64,000 nucleotides of DNA. Origin: Gracilinanus agilis. Lineage: Eukaryota. Below are positions 60,332 through 64,000 of this stretch, in pieces. Position 1 is the stretch's first letter, and each line of letters starts with the position of its first letter. The notes beneath the pieces were generated by a model. That model searched no databases. It was not told the DNA's origin and was given only the letters and a program-made list of their open reading frames with translations. The stretch lies in contig NC_058131.1 of the NCBI RefSeq assembly GCF_016433145.1, positions 386,818,770 to 386,882,769 of the forward strand, read 5' to 3'. Made by a program: the position numbers and the translations under genes.

Positions 60332-61394
60332 CTATGAGAGCAGAACACATAAATTAGGCCTCAGTTTTTTCAGCCATGAAATGGAGATAGTATCACTTCC
60401 CATCTCTTTAAAGATCAAGTTGAGAAATATTTAATGAATAAGGCCTTATGTTAAGTACAGAGGAAGACACAGAAGTAATAAGGGCCATAACAGGCTAGCT
60501 CAGTGAAGAGTGTGACAGAGATAAAATATAAATCAGTAATAGTCAAAGTATGCTAGAACATTAGAATTTACAAGGCTCTATGAAAGAAGGTTCCTAGTGG
60601 GCAAAATCAGTTCTTCCTTGTGGAAGGGAGGAGCTTCAAAGGAACATTGCACCTGGGCCTCTAAAAGACAAGTCCAACTTCAAAAAGGTGGAAATGCAGA
60701 GGGAGAGGGAATGAAACAACTCACAATTTAGGTTGTATTACCCTAATTTTTAGATGGGAAAAATGAGGCTAAGAGAGGCTGAACTGACGACAAAGTGAAA
60801 GTCAGAGCCAAAACATGAACCCAGTGCCCAGAGCACAGATACAAAGCAAGAAGACATCTAGTTCAAACCTCCCATTTTATTGAAGAGTAATTCGGGCCTA
60901 GATAGATGCCAAGTCAATTAACATACAAATAAGTAGCAGAGACATGACTTGAACACACTTCCTGACTTTAAATCCAATGCTCTTTCCACAATAGCATACT
61001 GTAGTCTTTCTGATAAGATAAAGAAAATCCCCTATGACTATACATCAATACAAAACAAGATAATAAAGTAGTATACATAGGAAGAAGTTGACATATCCAG
61101 ATTTAGAAGGGAAAAAAATCCATTAAGAGTTGTAAAGCCATAGCTATACATAACTACACAAACTATAAGCAGAGGGATAGATTAGAGGTCCTAAGGCAAA
61201 GAGACATATTTGACTTTACAAATGTTATGGAGACATAGGATGGAGTCCATGACTGGATGTGTCACTTAGGTCCTGTGTAACCTTAAGGTATGTCATTTTG
61301 CTTAGGTCTCTGTACCTTCTTTTTAAATAAGTGCATTAGATTAGATAACCTTGAAGGAGGTCACCTAGAGATATTAAAAGTCTAGAGTTGGGGC

Positions 61395-61920
61395 TGCTAA
61401 GTGGCACAGTGACTAAGTCAAGATGACTTGAATTCAAATCCGGTCTCAGATACACCCTCACTATGTGACCCTGGACAAGACATTTCATCCTATCTGCCTA
61501 GCCCTTGCCCTTCTTAGAGTTAATTCTAAGACAGAAAGTAAAAGTGTGTGTTTTTTTTAAAGTGTAGAGTTAAAAGTTTCAGCTCTAAAGTTGTAATTCT
61601 TTGATGCAAGAAGGGCAACCAACATAGAAGAAGGATCTGGAGTTTATAAGTGGTATAAGTCTGAAATAATTGGGGTGAAAAGTTCCAATTCATGAGAGCT
61701 ATCTTCAAGACTTTATTACAGGGGTATCATGTAAAAGAGAGATTAAACTTATTCTCTTTTGTCTCAGAAGGCAGAATTAATGGACAGATGGTATGAAGAA
61801 GCAAATTTAGGTTCAATGTTTGGGGGGGGAGGGGGGAGGAGTAAGAATTAGAGCTAGAGAGAAGTGGAATTAGCTGCCTATGAAATAATGACTTCTCCTT
61901 TTCCCTCTCATTGGAGGTGA
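61395..61920 (+). mobile_element. SINE (61395-61560) and L3 remnant (61690-61920) in a LARP1 intron
   Basis: CORE-SINE pattern; L3 pattern like 49010-49310. Confidence 0.55.
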
Positions 61921-62154
61921 AAAAAATTCGAATTTAAAAATTTCATCCCAAATTCAACTCAAAATTCAAAATTCCATTAGCCAGCAGATTTGGGGAAATG
62001 ATCCAATGTTACAGTAAAGCAAAATTTTTTATGAAAACTAAAGTTTATTATTATTTGTGCACTCTAAGGCTAGAAGCACCTTGAAGGCAAGGTTCATTTC
62101 TCATGCAACATGGTCTTGTATACAGTAGAAAAAGCTTCATCAAGAATCACTGCA

Positions 62155-62490
62155 TTACAATTCTGAGGGACTTATGAGAAAGAACACTATTCACATCCAG
62201 AGAAAGAACTGTGGAAGTAGAAACACAGAAGAAAAACAACTGCTTGATCACATGGGTTGATGGGGATATGATCAGAGATGTAGACTCTAAATCGATCACC
62301 CTAATGTAAATTCTAATAATATGGAAATAGGTCTTGATCAATGACATTTGTAAAACCCAGTGGAATTACTCATTGGCTATGGGGGGGTGGGGTGGGGGGG
62401 TGAGAGAAGGAGAAGAGAACATGAATCATGGAACCATGGGAAAATCCCCTAAATTAATTAATTAAATAAAAGTTTTCAATTAAAAAAAAA
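62155..62490 (+). mobile_element. 5'-truncated L1 3' end, antisense in a LARP1 intron, ~130 nt from the 62619 donor
   Basis: Same L1 3'UTR sequence as 17110-17450 with A-tail; no TSD found. Confidence 0.88.
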
Positions 62491-62618
62491 ACACTAAACT
62501 AAATCATAAATAAATGCAACCCTCAGACTTAAAGAGTTCCAGCTTCCTTCCTCTCTGTCTCATCCACAAATAAGTTTCTGGGGTACTATCAGCCAAAGCC
62601 CCCTGCCTGCCATCTCAC

Positions 62619-62763
62619 CGGTATCCCTCCTTGCCATCTTCCACAGCCAGCTGCTTAAACTCTTCATACATCTTCTTGTTGAAGTGATCCCGGAGGAAGA
62701 AGGACCAGAAGCGGAAAAGAGTATTCATCTCCTGGGACTGGCCAATGCCCAGCCGTTTCCGCT
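62619..62763 (-). CDS. LARP1: LARP1 DM15 exon ([49 protein letters not shown])
   Basis: Within ORF 62615..62845(-); atcacag|AG ... CG|gtgaga; 145 nt; TOP-binding FRFWSFFLR motif. Confidence 0.96.
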
Positions 62764-63339
62764 CTGTGATCAGGGAAGAAAAGGAATTGGGATGAGAGCC
62801 CATTCCCAACTGCCATCTTGAGTGCTCACCCCCCCCCCCCCACATCCCATACCTCCCACCCTACTCAGAATTGGAAGAGCTCAAAGATCATTTTAATCAT
62901 AGCCCACCACACATTTGCCTAAGCTAATTAGAGAAAAGAGCACCATAATCCACTTTCTCCCTGGACCCTTCTGCCTCTTGCTACAATGCCAGTGCAATTT
63001 GATGGATTCTCCTCTTGACAGAGATGGGCAGGACCTTGCCTTTCTGCTCCCTTTTAGCCATAGCACAGCCCTCCACTCTGCCTGTTTTTCTCATGTCTCA
63101 CTTAAAATCCTGCCTTCTATCAAAAGCCTTTTCCCATTCCCCTTAATGTGAATATCTTTCCTTTATTGGTTATTTCTACTTTATCCTTTTTTAGTACAGT
63201 TTTGCATGCTATCTCCCTCCTTGTGGTGAAGGTCTGTCCTTTGCCTTTCTTTGTATGTCTGGCACTTAGCAAAGGGCATAGTACCCAGCAGAGCAGGCAT
63301 CACTGCCTTCTTTGATTGACCACAGTGCTAGTCCCATAC

Positions 63340-63491
63340 CATTAAGGCAGCGCCGACGATACTTGTGGTAGACATGTTGTGTGAAGCCATTCTCTTTGAG
63401 CAGCTCGTGGGAAGGATGCTGGAACTTGGGTAGTGACTGTGGGGTGCAGCCGTAGCTGCCAACAGCTGGCGTGCCCTCCGAGGGGCTGGAG
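63340..63491 (-). CDS. LARP1: LARP1 exon (SSPSEGTPAVGSYGCTPQSLPKFQHPSHELLKENGFTQHVYHKYRRRCLN); upstream exons lie right of the window
   Basis: Within ORF 63266..63511(-); cccacag|C ... G|gtatgg; 152 nt; start of the DM15 region. Confidence 0.95.
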
Positions 63492-64000
63492 CTGTGGGAA
63501 TCAATACACACAGGGCTTGTCTTGTTATTCTACATTCTTATCACCCTCTTAAAACTGTTTTATCTGACCCTAGGGGAGAACCCGGTTTTTTCACCTTTTT
63601 TTCACTGTTCCATGCATCCAGGATGACCTACTTCTTCCTCTCAAGATCCAAACACACATCTAATCCCCATATCCACAAACTGGGGATTCTTTATATCTTT
63701 TCTAACCTCTATATTTTAGAGGCAAGGTAACAGGGGTTCAGAAAAGTCAAGTTAACTATTGAAAGAGCTGGTTAGTGTCAAAGGTACATTAAGTCCAAGG
63801 CTCTTCCAATGGGTCATGGCTATCTTTCAATACTTCCCAAGTACCTACAACTCTAACACTAACTCAACTATGAAATCCTCATGAATCCCCACCAGTCCCC
63901 ATCCCCTACCCCAGCTGTAAGGGACACATCCCCCTCCCCAACCTACCCTCTAGCACTTTGTATTCTTCATGCCTTATCTTCCCAACTAGAGTATAAGCTA

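Noticed and set aside
1466-61560. tRNA-like heads and recurrent ~30-bp motifs (ggttcaaatc..., gtgaccctgggcaagtcac) suggesting tRNA genes or a CRISPR-like array
   Set aside because: They are dispersed SINE heads and CORE segments without cloverleaf completion or regular spacers; the DNA is mammalian.

Overview
Eukaryotic, intron-rich, repeat-dense genomic DNA. The tRNA/CORE-derived SINEs with SINE1_Mdo-type tails and the L1 3' ends point to a marsupial, probably a didelphid opossum (inferred from repeats only). Three protein-coding genes can be reconstructed exon by exon with canonical GT-AG sites and consistent phases. (1) CNOT8 (CAF1/POP2 deadenylase), minus strand: a CpG-island promoter at ~11.85-12.95 kb and four coding exons (7757-7873, 5132-5325, 2456-2617, 1768-1912; 206 aa); the 3' exons lie left of the window. 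(2) FAXDC2 (fatty-acid-hydroxylase/sterol-desaturase family), plus strand: a probable non-coding exon 1 ending at 22505 and a complete 8-exon, 1002-nt CDS (34732-48593; 333 aa). (3) The 3' end of LARP1, minus strand: five coding exons covering the DM15 cap/TOP-binding domain and C-terminus (63491 to stop 58189), plus a ~4.2-kb 3'UTR ending after AATAAA at 54038-54043. The rest is SINE, L1, L2, L3/CR1, hAT MITE and solo-LTR sequence, with several clean nested insertions and target-site duplications. I found no new protein-coding system, CRISPR array or RNA gene. The best leads are regulatory or structural and all are inferences: a candidate dual poison/micro-exon in CNOT8; a candidate FAXDC2 5' exon whose uORF stops on the main ATG; inverted TE pairs around the FAXDC2 start exon; LARP1 alternative polyadenylation that would remove a miR-26 site; a perfect 33-bp dispersed repeat; and a young hAT MITE family.
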